In this document: one piece after another, positions 14,664 to 27,902 of the stretch
Numbering within the stretch: position 1 is the stretch's first letter
How the letters are laid out: each line of letters begins with the position of its first letter
Origin: Mizuhopecten yessoensis
Taxonomy: Eukaryota
Assembly: GCF_002113885.1 (NCBI RefSeq)
Contig: NW_018480078.1
Coordinates: forward strand, 1,856,607 to 1,920,606
DNA: 64,000 nt
Direction of reading: 5' to 3'
Made by a program: the position numbers and the translations under genes
The notes under the pieces: generated by a model
The model's database searches: none
What the model saw: the letters and a program-made list of their open reading frames with translations, nothing else
Told to the model about the DNA's origin: nothing

Positions 14664-15290
14664 GCGTATATACTGTATAAAAACGATGGGCATTATATCG
14701 ACATTTTACTGTATATAAACGATGGGCATTACAACGACATTTTACTGTATATAAACGATGGGCATTATATCGACATTTTACTGTATATAAACGATGGGCA
14801 TTATATCGACATTTTACTGTTTATAAACGAGGGGCATTTCATCGACATTTTACTGTATATAAACGATGGGCATTATATCGACATTTTACTGTTTATAAAC
14901 GAGGGGCATTTCATCGACATTTTACTGTATATAAACGATGGGCATTATATCGACATTTTACTGTTTATAAACGAGGGGCATTTCATCGACATTTTACTGT
15001 ATATAAACGATGGGCATTATATCGACATTTTACTGTTTATAAACGAGGGGCATTTCATCGACATTTTACTGTATATAAACGATGGGCATTATATCGACAT
15101 TTTACTGTTTATAAACGAGGGGCATTTCATCGACATTTTACTGTATATAAACGATGGGCATTATATCGACATTTTACTGTTTATAAACGAGGGGCATTTC
15201 ATCGACATTTTACTGTATATAAACGAGGGGCATTTCATCGACATTTTACTGTATATAAACGAGGGGCATTTCATCGACATTTTACTGTAT
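14664..15290. repeat. 36-bp minisatellite with alternating A/B variants (72-bp dimer)
   Basis: Unit ATAAACGATGGGCATTATATCGACATTTTACTGTAT alternates with a GAGGGGCATTTCATC variant; this produces the 234-aa repetitive ORF. Confidence 0.97.
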
Positions 15291-15304
15291 ATGTATCGAG
15301 ATTT

Positions 15305-15325
15305 CACTATATCGAGGTGTAACTG
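15305..15325 (-). mobile_element. isolated Tc1/pogo(Tigger)-like terminal inverted repeat
   Basis: Reverse complement CAGTTACACCTCGATATAGTG matches 61440-61460 (CAGTAAAACCTCGATATAGTG) at 19/21; CAGT-starting ends are typical of Tc1/pogo. Confidence 0.35.
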
Positions 15326-15689
15326 CGTATGAATTCCCGTATTGCAAATAAAATCAACATTACATAATCAAGTGTTCTGACAATGCACAGCCTAAAGGTC
15401 TGCATGTATTGCATGCATTTATATTCGATAAAGACAATGGATTTGGTTGATTTTGAAATGCATCAGAGCTCATGGGCAAACGAATTAAGGTCTTTTTGAT
15501 AGTCTGATCAATTTAGATAGGCAAATATATGTTTCGTTTATGTAATGTTAAGTTGATAATGGTGTACGGAATTAACTGAATCAGTCAGATAAGAGATAAA
15601 GAAATATATATTTGTTAACTAGATAAAATACTGCTAAGTGAGATTATCACTTTAGATTTAATCATACATCGCGTGTTAAGAACAATCAA

Positions 15690-16370
15690 TAAACTGACAT
15701 TGCTTTTACGGAACCATCGCCAAACTGACATTACCTGATAGGAACTATCGCAAATCTGTCATTTTATATTAGGAACCATCGACAAACTGATATTTTGTGT
15801 TAGGAACCATCGACAAACTGATATTTCATGTTAGGAATCATCGACATACTGATATTTCATGTTAGGAACCATCGACAAACTGATACTTCATGTTAGGAAT
15901 CATCGACAAACTGATATTTCATGTAAGGATCCATCGACAAACTAACATTTCATGTTAAGATCCATCGACAAACTTACATTTCATGTTAAGATCCATCGAC
16001 AAACTTACATGTCCTGGTAGGAACAATCAACAACTGGACATTTCATGATAAGAACATTCAACAAACTGTTGTCGCCTGTTAGGTACCATCAACAAAATCA
16101 TAAAAGGTGATAGGAGTCATTGCGAAAATGATATTACCTGTTAGGAACCTTCAAAAACCGACATTGCGCGTTCGCAACCGTTTACAAACTGACATTAGTG
16201 CGCGTTAAGGAACGTTAATAAACCGACATTATTCATCGGGGAACAGTTAATAAAACGACATTGCGGGTTAGGGACCATTATTTAAGTTACATTGCATGTT
16301 TAAACCATTGACAAGATGCCATTGCGAGTAGGGCACCATCAACAAAAAGTGGCATTTCGTCAATGAAACA
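15690..16370. repeat. 31-bp minisatellite (TTAGGAACCATCGACAAACTGATATTTCATG), degenerate
   Basis: Best units lie at 15770-16010, with decayed units on both sides. Confidence 0.9.
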
Positions 16371-16523
16371 TGCACAAACCTCCACAGTGACGTCACAATA
16401 GAAAGATGAATGTAAGTATGACAGCCAATCAAATGTCCTAATACAACATGATTTTGACGGGTCGCTGGCAAATTTCTGTTTTGGAAATTGCAAATCCACT
16501 AGTTTTTCATTTAGCCCATAGTA

Positions 16524-16614
16524 TTAACTCATTCACCCCCGAAGACACATTTGAGCTCTTCCAATTCAAATGTTGGAATAGTTCCTTTTGAAATTTCAGG
16601 GGCGAACGAGTTAA
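16524..16614. mobile_element. 91-bp TTAA-flanked MITE (piggyBac-like ends), copy 1
   Basis: TTAA-CTCATTCACCCC ... GGGGCGAACGAG-TTAA; homologous, in reverse orientation, to 24836 and 51949. Confidence 0.85.
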
Positions 16615-17144
16615 CGCGATGCCTTCCCGGGAAATTCCTTTTATTTACAGGTTTCGATAGGTAGATTCATTTTATTTGAAACGAGATACATTGTCGGAGA
16701 AGGGTAGCTAATAAGTTTAGTAATATACGTACCTACCGACGTTTTGTTATAACAGTCAGGTGATGTCTCTCGCTGTTCTGCTCACGAAGAACGTTGGTAT
16801 GCATTCCGGTGCAGCTGTACCCGCTAAATCGTTAAAACCATTAGATATGTATTGAGAAACATTAATGTGCTGTTGAAATTGTCAATACACATATGTGACA
16901 ATGTAAATTAGGACATCAAATATTGATAAATGTTAATTTCTTTTGTTACTTCCTGGATTTATGTTACCATATCAAATTACATCAAGCGTAATCCATGTAT
17001 TTTTTTTGTTTTCCATGTATGTGAAAACAATTAATTAATGATTGACATGATACAGTTTGGTACCGATGTTTCATTGTAGGTTAATTAGGTATGTTAATTT
17101 GATAAATAGATAAAGTGCATGACTAGTTTCTTGACAAAAGTGAA

Positions 17145-17235
17145 TTAACTCATTCACCCCTACATATTTAGACTGGACCTGCCCAGTCTATGATTTGGTA
17201 AGGTACAAATGCGACTTTAGGGATGAATGGGTAAA
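17145..17235. mobile_element. 91-bp TTAA MITE, divergent copy 2
   Basis: TTAA-CTCATTCACCCCT ... AGGGATGAATGGG-TAAA; same ends and length, diverged interior. Confidence 0.7.
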
Positions 17236-17689
17236 TCAACTATGACTTCACATCAAAATTACATGTCATGACTTTGGGTGAATAGAAGGCATCAGTATGT
17301 CAACCAACCCTTAAACCGTAAGTCACATGGTCTGTTGTGTCAAATTGAAAGTTGCCATTTCATGTATCAAATATTTAATAGAGGAACCATTGTAAACATG
17401 ATCAGGTTATTGTAGCATGAAATGGCCGTCGTATAAACATTTATCACTATCCAATTATATCTCTTTTCCTCTGACTGTTAACGTCATTCCTGTGACAGGT
17501 TCTAAATACAAAGTTCCCACCAACTGTCTAAAATTCATGTCTTAAAACGTCTAAAATGCATTTTGATTTTCTAAATGGTTTAATATGTGTTATTTTATTC
17601 AATCAAACACGTTTAGACAAATGTTAATTTATCCAATGTCATATCATTATCGTCATACACATTCAAGGTCATGTCACTGTGGTACCCAA

Positions 17690-19425
17690 TGGTGAGTTGT
17701 TCTTGTGTGTTGACGCTACAGTGTATTTTATCTTTCTTTTACAACGCTTTGGCGTATTTTGTCCTGGTGTTTTGACGCTTTGGTGAGTTGTTCGTATGTG
17801 TTGACGCTTTGATGCGTTTGTCCATGTTAAACGCCTTAGCGTATTTTGTCCTTGTGGTTTGACGCCTTAGTGCAATTTGTCCTTGTGGTTTGACGCTTTA
17901 GTGTATTTTGTCCTTGTGGTTTGACGCTTTAGTGTATTTTGTCCTTGTGGTTTGACGCTTTAGTGTATTTTGTTATTGTGGTTTGACGCCTTATCGTATT
18001 TTGTCTTTGTGGTTTGACGCCTTAGTGCAACTTGTCCTTCTGGTTTGACGCTTTAGTGTATTTTGTCTTTGTGGTTTGACGCTTTAATATGTTTTGTCCA
18101 TGTTGTTTGACGCCTTAACGTATTTTGTCCTTGTGGTTTGATGCCTTAGTGCAATTTGTCCTTGTGGTTTGACGCCATAGTGTGATTTGTCCTTGTGGTT
18201 TGACGTTTTAGTGTATTTTGTCCTTGTGGTTTGACGCTTTAGTGTATTTTGTCCGTGTAGTTTGACGCTTTAGTGTATTTTGTCCTTGTGGTTTGACGCC
18301 TTAGCATATTTTGTCTTTGTGGTTTGACGCCTTAGGGCAATTTGTCCTTGTGGTTTGACGCTTTAGTGTATTTTGTCCTTGTGGTTTGACGCCTTAGTGT
18401 ATTTTGTCCTTGTGGTTTGACGCTTTAGTGTATTTTGTCCTTGTGGTTTGACTCTTTAGTGTATTTTGTCCTTGTGGTTTGACGCTTTAGTGTATTTTGT
18501 CCTTGTGGTTTGACGCTTTAGTGTATTTTGTCCTTGTGGTTTGACGCTTTAGTGTATTTTGTCCTTGTGGTTTGACGCTTTAGTGTATTTTGTCCTTGTG
18601 GTTTGACGCTTTAGTGTATTTTGTCCTTGTGGTTTGACGCTTTAGTGTATTTTGTCCTTGTGGTTTGACGCTTTAGTGTATTTTGTCCTTGTGGTTTGAC
18701 GCTTTAGTGTATTTTGTCCTTGTGGTTTGACGCTTTAGTGTATTTTGTCCTTGTGGTTTGACGCTTTAGTGTATTTTGTCCTTGTGGTTTGACGCTTTAG
18801 TGTATTTTGTCCTTGTGGTTTGACGCTTTAGTGTATTTTGTCCTTGTGGTTTGACTCTTTAGTGTATTTTGTCCTTGTGGTTTGACGCTTTAGTGTATTT
18901 TGTCCTTGTGGTTTGACGCCTTAGTGTATTTTGTCCTTGTGGTTTGACGCTTTAGTGTATTTTGTCCTTGTGGTTTGACTCTTTAGTGTATTTTGTCCTG
19001 GTGGTTTGACGCTTTAGTGTATTTTGTCCTTGTAGTTTGACGCTTTAGTGTATTTTGTCCTTGTGGTTTGACGCTTTAGTGTATTTTGTCCTTGTGGTTT
19101 GACGCCTTAGCGTATTTTGTCTTTGTGGTTTGACGCCTTAGTGCAATTTGTCCTTGTGGTTTGACGCTTTAGTGTATTTTGTCCTTGTGGTTTGACTCTT
19201 TAGTGTATTTTGTCCTGGTGGTTTGACGCTTTAGTGTATTTTGTCCTTGTAGTTTGACGCTTTAGTGTATTTTGTCCTTGTGGTTTGACGCTTTAGTGTA
19301 TTTTGTCCTTGTGGTTTGACGCTATAGTTTATTTTCCCCTTGTGTGTTGTCGTTGTGATTGAGTTTTTTTATGTTTTGCCGATTTGCAGTATTCGTGTTC
19401 TTGTGGTTTGACGCTACGATGTCAT
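17690..19425. repeat. 31-bp satellite (GTGGTTTGACGCTTTAGTGTATTTTGTCCTT), about 55 units
   Basis: Homogeneous core at about 18480-18850 with degenerate edges. Confidence 0.98.
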
Positions 19426-19567
19426 TTGTTCATTTCAACAAACTATAACTTTGCGTCTAGCATCTACAAAAGCTCCGCAACAAATGATGGTTGGTGTTTA
19501 TCTGATTAGAACTTGTTGATTGTAAATTATAAGGCTCTAGTTTTACGTTCTTCTTTTTAGAAATAAC

Positions 19568-19760
19568 AGAGGGTTGATACACTGGTAATAATATCGGTTA
19601 AGTTGACTGTACTGGACGCCATCACATACGTCATAGGGTTGATACACTGGTAGTAATATCGGTTAAGTTGACTATACTGGACGCCATCGCACTCGCCAGA
19701 GGGTTGATACACTGGTAGTATTATCTGTTAAGTTGACTATACTGGACACCATCACACCAG
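19568..19760. repeat. 65-bp tandem triplication
   Basis: GGGTTGATACACTGGTA starts at 19571, 19636 and 19701. Confidence 0.95.
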
Positions 19761-21374
19761 TGGTCGAGGGTCTCTTAATAAGATGTAAAGTATACATGTC
19801 AACGTTAAAAATTGTTTCACAATACTGTATAACGAAGAGCTTCGTCCGAGATCATGTCTGAGTGTCAACGTTTTGCCAATGGAAGGATTGGTGGAATCGT
19901 TAAAACATAAAACATGTTTGGATACTTTCTTCACTTAAAAGATGTTCTTGGTCAGTCGGTATGTGTGAAGATGCAACAGTGAAGTTTACCATGAATTTAT
20001 TATAACTCAGGTCCCGGTTACGATGTATTAAATGGGATGTAAATACCCCTCAACAGTTTCATTCTAACGAGTATAACACATGTCAGATGATGTTAATTCC
20101 TCTGGAAGCTGTACTTGATCATCGTCCCGTCCTCGAAAAGCCAATATTCGACACAGACATATTCATTCATTTTTGTTTATTTGTTACGCAGGTTGGTTGA
20201 ATGCCTTAGGCGAGGGCCTGCTTTTGAAATAACAATATTTGTGTGGGCGAGCGTTTTTATGCGGCATACAACTGTGTCACCATAATGCAGAGAAAATCTA
20301 TGATCGTCTGTGTTTAAACCACACCTGGTGTTACATTGTCTAGGTCGTAGTGGGCAAAACCTACCTATATACCTTTCATAACGAGGATAGATATATAATA
20401 CTATGTAACACCACAGATGTTGTCCGAGGAAAATAAATTTATTATATTTTTGCCTCCTCTGCACTTTCTTTTCCATTCAAACAAAAATAGCGAAGGGCGT
20501 TGTCAGGTTGTGCTAATCGTAGTCAAGCTAAGCTTTCGTCGCATCGTTCGACAAAATAGTTGTTTACAAGTCTGTGAAGCTCTGTGGTCGCATCTGCACA
20601 TACGGCTAATTGGTTTATAAATACCTTCGAATTTTGTGTTGTATAAAATTAATAAACCGGGCATGTGTTATAGTATTGACGTGAATTGCGCTGTAGACAA
20701 GACACTACGGGCTAATCATCACAACATCGGCGAAAACAAAGTGCATCATTGACGTTTCCTGCTTAATCCGAATGACGTATGGTTTGACCGCTGCCCACTT
20801 CATTAAATCTTTAAAACGGAGTTCATGGAATTTTGTTGTTGTTTACATGTTAACCAGACCGAGAATCTTAAATATGTTTTTTTTTATATAATAATCTACA
20901 TATCGGTTCAGAAATCAGTCTAACATTTGTTAACATGACCAGTTTTGTAAATTCAGCAATGTCACACACGGTAAACAAACTTTTAAGGTATCTTTGCTTT
21001 TCACATTGCTCACCAGATCGTGATGCCACGATCCAGTATATATGAAAAGATATCGTTCTATATAGCCCCACCCTTTGAACACATACGCCTTAGCTGATCT
21101 ACCCTTTTCGTAGACGTGAAAGTATTTAAGGGCGTGTGAATTAAACCTACTGCAAGCTAGGTACCTGTCCTGTCAAGCTTTTCTTGTTCTTCATTGAATA
21201 TGATTATATATATTGACAATCATACCTGTGCAAGCACTGCACTTTGTATAGTACATTACAGCCCTGTATAGGGTACCTATCCAAATACACACTTGGTTTC
21301 TCTTTACGTTACAGCCCGTTCACTCATTAGAAATTTATCAGGCATAAAAAGAGACCACCAGCCTCGTATGGTAG

Positions 21375-21960
21375 AATATCTTATCACCAATCGATATCAT
21401 GTCTTACAACATATCGATATCACATCTTGACGCCAATCGATATCAATTCCTACCACCAATCGAAATCATATTTAATAACTATTCGATAGCATATCTTACT
21501 TACAACCGATAGCATGTCTTACTACCAGTCGATATCATATAAAATCACCAATCGATATCCCATCTTACTTAAAATAGATATCATATCTTGCAACCTATTG
21601 ACATCATATCTTACCGCCAATCGATATCCCATCTTACCGACTATCGATAACCCATCTTACCGACTATCGATATCCCATCTTACCGACTATCGATATCCCA
21701 TCTTACCGCCAATCGATATCCCATCTTACCGCCAATCGATATCCCATCTTACCGACTATCGGACAAATATCTTACTTCCCATCGATGTTATATCTTACCA
21801 TAAATCAATATCATATCTTACCATAAATCGATACCATATTTCCCATCTTACCTAAACTCCATATCATGTCTTACAACCTAACCGTATCATATCCTACCAC
21901 AAATCGATATCATATATTACCATCCATCGTTATCGAATCTTACCACTGATCTCGTCATAG
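21375..21960. repeat. 23-bp minisatellite (TCGATATCCCATCTTACCGACTA)
   Basis: Core at 21620-21760 with degenerate flanks. Confidence 0.92.
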
Positions 21961-23249
21961 TTTTTATTTCGTCGATATCGTATCTTAAATTCGTAGAATA
22001 CGCGAACTTCCGATAAGGTTTTGATCAATTTAGATATAACAACAAATTGTTTATGAAAATGTAACAGAAACAGAACCCTAAAATCTCTACCATACGTACA
22101 CCGACAGGATTGGCAGTGCTCCAAATCCTAGGCTAAATCAGGAAGTCTGCTACAAAAAATATAAATCTCTTTCCAGTGTCTCGCGACATTCCAGTCCCGT
22201 AGGTTTCTTTCTGCTGTGAGGTAATAAATCCACACTTTTTTTCTCCTGAGCCAGACATCTTTTCGGTAACTCCCAGGGAACACACCAGTTAGCTGATGTC
22301 TTATGATAGAAGCGGTCTTTAGCTACCCTTTCTGTGATGTCACAATTAGTTATGTATATCGTCTGAGTAGATCATAGTATATTTTAATTGTTATCTGTCG
22401 ATGATACAGTGCCCATAGATGTATAACCCTCGGTCCTCTGGTTCAACATCACACATGTTGTCCTAAAACCCAGTCAAGAAATGTATATTGCTAATTAAAT
22501 GTAGGTTGAATTACGGCTGACCTTCCCGCACCTGTCAAAATAGCTCTACAAGCATACGTTCTCACCCTTCGCTTAAAATGATAAAACTAAATATAACTCT
22601 TCACCAGCGCTCATTGGATAACGTGTCACAATCATTTATCATATACCTTGGTGCTTTTAGAATTTTGACAAATTGTTTCCGTGCCGGACAAAAATATAAT
22701 TTAAACTTTGCGCACTTTGCATATCATTGAGTTTATTGGATGGAGTAACAGAAACGCGTAGTTTTTCACAACACGGGTATTAAAATAATATTTTTCTATT
22801 GTCTTTTGGCTATTTACCGATAAATTCAATTAAACAAGTGAAAAGGACGAGTGTTATACATTTCAAAATCTCAATAAAAAAGAAAACAAAGTGATTTTGC
22901 CGACCGAAACAAGTTTATTATCTCTGCTACAATAGAAACAACAAAAATCCAATGTCGATCTTGTACATAATGGAAACTAATGAAGAAAATTATTATCTTA
23001 AAATTTATTTTCTGTATTGGCCTCATGAATCCCGCGGATAAAAACCAAAACGTTTTTGCGAATGTATGCTTTAAAACGGTAATTCTAGAAGGATATTATT
23101 CTGCGGAAGCATTATTGTAAATATTTCATTTATGAAACTGCCGAGGGACAATAATGCTGGGCCCAGCAAAATGTATAGATTCAATGACGTGAAAATATAT
23201 ATGCATCAACTTTTAACATCAGTTTATTTCAAAGAAATAAATGATGTCA

Positions 23250-23279
23250 AAACAACAACAACAACAACAACAACAACAA
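23250..23279. repeat. (ACA)n microsatellite
   Basis: Directly visible. Confidence 0.95.
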
Positions 23280-23531
23280 AATATACTATAAGGTATATAA
23301 GGTATATATATATACACAGGCATAAAATCGGAAAAAAATGTCGACACGAATTCACAACAAAGGGTAAAAAGGGTAGACATCAAAATGAAAGGGAGTCCTT
23401 GTGAAGCCAGATGCTCCACAACTATATGGAGTGCGCTATGCCTTTAATTTGAAGTTGTATTACAATAAATTTGACGATAAATCATTGGAAATTAAAGCTA
23501 AGCATGTTATCATGTACACGGTTCTAGTAGG

Positions 23532-23648
23532 CAGTGACGGATCCTTCGGATTTATTATCCCCAAGCTCTCATTTTATATTTTCATTTAAAAGTCATTGGT
23601 TGGGCTTTTAACAGCGCTCGTCCCAATCAATCGTTGGATTCGCCACTG
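23532..23648. mobile_element. small TIR element with CAGTGGCGGATCC-type ends
   Basis: CAGTGACGGATCC ... GGATTCGCCACTG, an 11/13 inverted match; no TSD seen. Confidence 0.5.
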
Positions 23649-24835
23649 GTACAATAGGATGCGCCATTTACCAGGGGCGTATTATAGAACCTATTGTTTA
23701 CGTAATGCTTTGAAGGTCATATGCAGACAATGTGCCCAACCCTCAAGGGCACAAGTTTCACTTCAGATCTGAATTGCGTCTTCCCTATAACAAATCTCGG
23801 AATAGTCGTGACACGGTCATCACTCATTGACTTACATAACAGATCCCGGACAGTAGCCAGACATACCATAAAATAGTCTCATCAACAGCGAATTGATCAA
23901 TAAGAAGCGTGGTTATAGAAATGAATTCAAACTGGTTGGTTTCTCGAACGCAATCGATTACCTCCCCTAGAGAATATTGTTTACTTTAAAAATAGACACA
24001 GGTAAGACGGAGGTCGCTGTTGCGTCATCGCCATTGGCAACTGCGCACAAGGTTCCACGTGTTTCTATTTTTGTTGTGATGTAAATAATAACAAACCAAT
24101 GGTCTGGTTAACGGCGTGGTGGGCTTGGCACAAAGTGAACCTGCTGTCATAACCGTCTATTATGTATAGTCGATCTTATATGAAATTGATCGTCTTATAT
24201 CTATTTATAGAACGCCGTTAATGAACAGACAGCGCTTATACACACGTGGATTTTCGTAAGGGCATATATTGCGTAGTGTAAATACAATGACGATAATCAT
24301 TGTTGTTTTCTTTCTCAATTATTGGAAAACCACATTGCCTCCCAATGTGAGTAACAGTCTGAATCACATGTAAATTCATTTGGAATCACCACATTACAAT
24401 AACTTCATTTCATAAAAGGTTATCAAAAAAAACATTGAGGAAATAGATCGCTTTGGCTACTGCGTAGATACAGAACAAGGGTTCTGTCGTAATGTATTTC
24501 CTATCGGGAATTATAAATTTTCCTCGGCGGAAATTTATTATTTTCTTATACCATTATGTATTACTTAAATCATATCTCGAGAACGAATTCGTTGTCCCAC
24601 ACGGAAGTATAAATATCATTTATTCATAGTTTGCTTCTAGTGCCCTTGTCTCGTAATTCTACGGAAAATATTGCGAAGAGTTTATTCCTGGTCATACTGT
24701 TGGGACGCAGAATTATAGATATGTTATTATCAGCAATATTCGTTGTTGATAGTCACATTGTATGTGCAGCTGGAGTACGTGGGCGGTGACATTTGATATA
24801 TACTCGTACGTGTAACATAACAATTTCTGTTCGGG

Positions 24836-24926
24836 TTATCTCATTCGCCCCTAAAATTTGATAATGAACTATTCCAACCTTTGAATTGGAAGAGTTCAAA
24901 TGTGTCTTGAGGGGTGAATGAGTTAA
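24836..24926. mobile_element. 91-bp TTAA MITE, copy 3
   Basis: TTAT-CTCATTCGCCCCT ... AGGGGTGAATGAG-TTAA; interior very similar to the 51949 copy. Confidence 0.85.
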
Positions 24927-27109
24927 ACATATTAAACAACTGGAAATATTTATATGAGAGAGTACATCTTCAATAGTTGTGTGACAGGTAAAACAGCTTT
25001 TGTCTTTTTTTTTGTATTCTGTATGGTACATTGCAGGTTAAGATTATGTTTTACACAAAATACCCGTTATAAACTTTCTTTTAAATTGATTTTTTTTCAA
25101 AATTGTCAAAAATCTGTGAAGGTAAAACACAGATTGCGCCAAATAATGTAGGGGACAGTAGGGGAGGACAAATATCTATATATATCTAGCATATATGTGT
25201 GTGCTGTGGCGAGCTTACTGACACACTTACATCACACCATTTCGTTCTTCTCACACCATGTCAAGGAAGACACTTCGATCGGCACAGAAGGACCTGAGCA
25301 TCAAGACTTACGTTACGTATTGTTTGAACCGCCCCCGATGAGTAGGGTGAAGGCTTTTTAAGGGTTTATAACAAAACTCGACACAAATGCCATCCCCAAT
25401 ACCGAGTAATTATCTTACTCTAAAACGCCTAATAATACTCTCTGCCCATCAGGGGGTAGGTCTTACCGTACATACGACGAGTCTTCATACTCAAAACCAT
25501 GTGGAATGGACAACAAAAAACAGTCACTCGCGGTAATGGGTACAAATTAGTGTAGGCTCCCCAATGTTCGATGAGACTGCAGTACCAATTAAACACTACG
25601 GGTACGTATTGTGTCAGTTCTTTATTACATAGCACAAATAGTCGGAAGTAAAACTCTACATACTTAGTTTGGTTTGGTTTTAGTTTTGTTATAGTGACCT
25701 GTTAATAGCTAAGGTAATTATAGGCCCTCCTGAATCATCAAAAACAACCTCATATTCTATTCGTGAAAAGGAAACCCTCAGTTGGCGATGGTGATGATAT
25801 CTATTGTTGCTGCAACCTCTATTGTCATTCCATGTTTTATACAAGGATTCACAAGACTGAAATGCGTTTTAAAATAACATTAATATATTTTTATTTAAAA
25901 AATGCAAGACAGATAAACATCTTTTAGAATGCAAAGGTTTTAAAATAATTTGACCTTTAAAGAAAATTCAATTTTTCCTTTTTGCTTGAAAAACATCCGG
26001 ATCAGGCAACTAAACATAAAGGTTTCTCAGGCTAATATTGTAAAGAGTGCCTAGATTGTATCATCGGTATCGTAACACTTAACACATTAAACTGTTTGGG
26101 ATGTTTTCATCGTTCATACACACTTAAGACCTTTTTAGACACATTTTTGTGATAACTATGGAATTTCTGACGACAGCTGGATCCGGTTATTAAAGATCTG
26201 CCAACTTGATGATTTAAAAACTAAAAAATTCAATGGTGGTATTTGAACGATTATTGAAAATTTAAAATCTAAATATGTAACTTTGGAAATAGAGAATCGA
26301 GAACAAAGGTAAAACAAAAAAGAGGGAAAATATGTCGTATTTGAACACACAAGATCGAGAGCAAAATTATTTAAAAATACTAAAACATACCACCAAGCTA
26401 ACTAAACTTGCAACAACAGTCATCTATTGTAAGATGGTATGACTTATTTTCTCTCCGCCATCCCGCATTGTCAATTGACTAAGTCAATTAAAACCCTTTT
26501 AATAGTGATAACTGTGGTGATCGAAGAGAACCATTTTTCTAATTATGAAACGTCATTTGTGGATGGGAATTCTAAACTTAATCAGATGTGTAACAATTGC
26601 TATTTGGAAAGGTTATTTCGACGAAGTTCCTATATTTGTTGACAATGTATTGAAAACATAACAATGACATCTATTTCAGAAATTTAATTACGCACAAAGT
26701 ATATGCTTTCATTTTTAAATATTTTTAAATAAATACACACACAGCAAAAAATATCAAAGTGCATGATATACGTCATTAGCTAGCTAAGTGGTAGCAGATG
26801 TGTAGAAGTAACGTGATACCCTAGAGATGTCACACCTGTTGAGAACATACGTACTCCACTAACGTGTAAACTGAGTGGGTGACATTAGAAATGGTATTAG
26901 CTTATTCGTGACTGATACATGTATATGCATATACGAAAATCAAAATGAAAATTACAGTTTGGTATTTTAGTTTTGATTATTGAATTTAAATTGTAAAAAT
27001 GTGTGATTGAATAAATGATAAAAACAACGTAACGTAATGATGATAACTGCTGTAAGTGAACCTGTCTGAATTATGCTATTATGTTGTGTTTTTTCCTCCC
27101 TAGTATCCT

Positions 27110-27276
27110 ATTCCGTCTTTGCGTATTGCAGAGTTATCTTCTCTTGTGAGCAGGTAGTGATTGTTACGTCATTGGTTTGTGAGAGTAACGTCATCAATCT
27201 TCGAGAAAATGACGTAATTTTCTCACACAAACCAATGACGTAACAATCAATACCTGCTCACAAGCAAAGACGGAAT
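27110..27276. mobile_element. foldback/palindromic MITE
   Basis: Outer IR ATTCCGTCTTTGC/GCAAAGACGGAAT (13 bp, perfect) plus an inner ~40-bp near-perfect IR spanning 27143-27264. Confidence 0.85.
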
Positions 27277-27437
27277 TACATTCTCCACAACATACACACT
27301 TTACTCGGTATTCATTTTTAATAAGCAAATGCTTCTCATTCTTATAAATCTGAAAGTTAAGGTTTTTGCACACCTGCCCTATGTTTCAAACAAACAGTAG
27401 TTTAAACCTACTTGAACATCCAACTGCCTGTCCACTG

Positions 27438-27481
27438 GCGTCACCGATGAGTCTAAGAAGGACAAAACAGTTGTTTTGAGC
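27438..27481 (+). ncRNA. decayed minimal type I hammerhead-like motif (Penelope-type)
   Basis: CCGATGA-GTCT-AAGAA-GGAC-AAAA-C-AGTT-GTT: hammerhead geometry with three core deviations from CUGAUGA / GAAA / GUH. Confidence 0.4.
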
Positions 27482-27875
27482 AGAGTGATTCATTTTGGCA
27501 TACTATATCTGTAACAAAAAATATAACTGCAATCACCAGTGAGTGTGTTTAAGAATGTTTCAATTTTGTTTTGATTCAAATAGCGTAAAAGGTGTTCAAA
27601 ACATCCATTCATGAATCAGGTAGAAATGTGTCCTTTTCGTGCACAATTAGATATATATTTAAGTAATTTTTAACATATTGTATTATCAGAACACGATTTT
27701 TAGCTTTCCTAGTAATATATATATATATATTTTATAAGAACAATATGTATAAACTGTATAACATAAAATTGATTTAAAAGCTTTGAAAAATATTTGGGAA
27801 AATACCTAATATATGGTACATATTTCTGAATAATTGTTTATTTACTGTAGTTGGTGTAAATTTTGTTTATTTCAG

Positions 27876-27902
27876 AAATTGTAATAAATCACAGAAGCAT
27901 AC
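27876..27902 (+). other. candidate 27-nt frame-preserving microexon
   Basis: Acceptor TTTTGTTTATTTCAG and donor AC|GTAAGT; open in phases 1 and 2. Confidence 0.3.

Noticed and set aside
17690-19425. CRISPR-like appearance of the 28-38-bp repeats here and elsewhere
   Set aside because: Units are contiguous with no unique spacers, there are no cas genes, and the context is eukaryotic.
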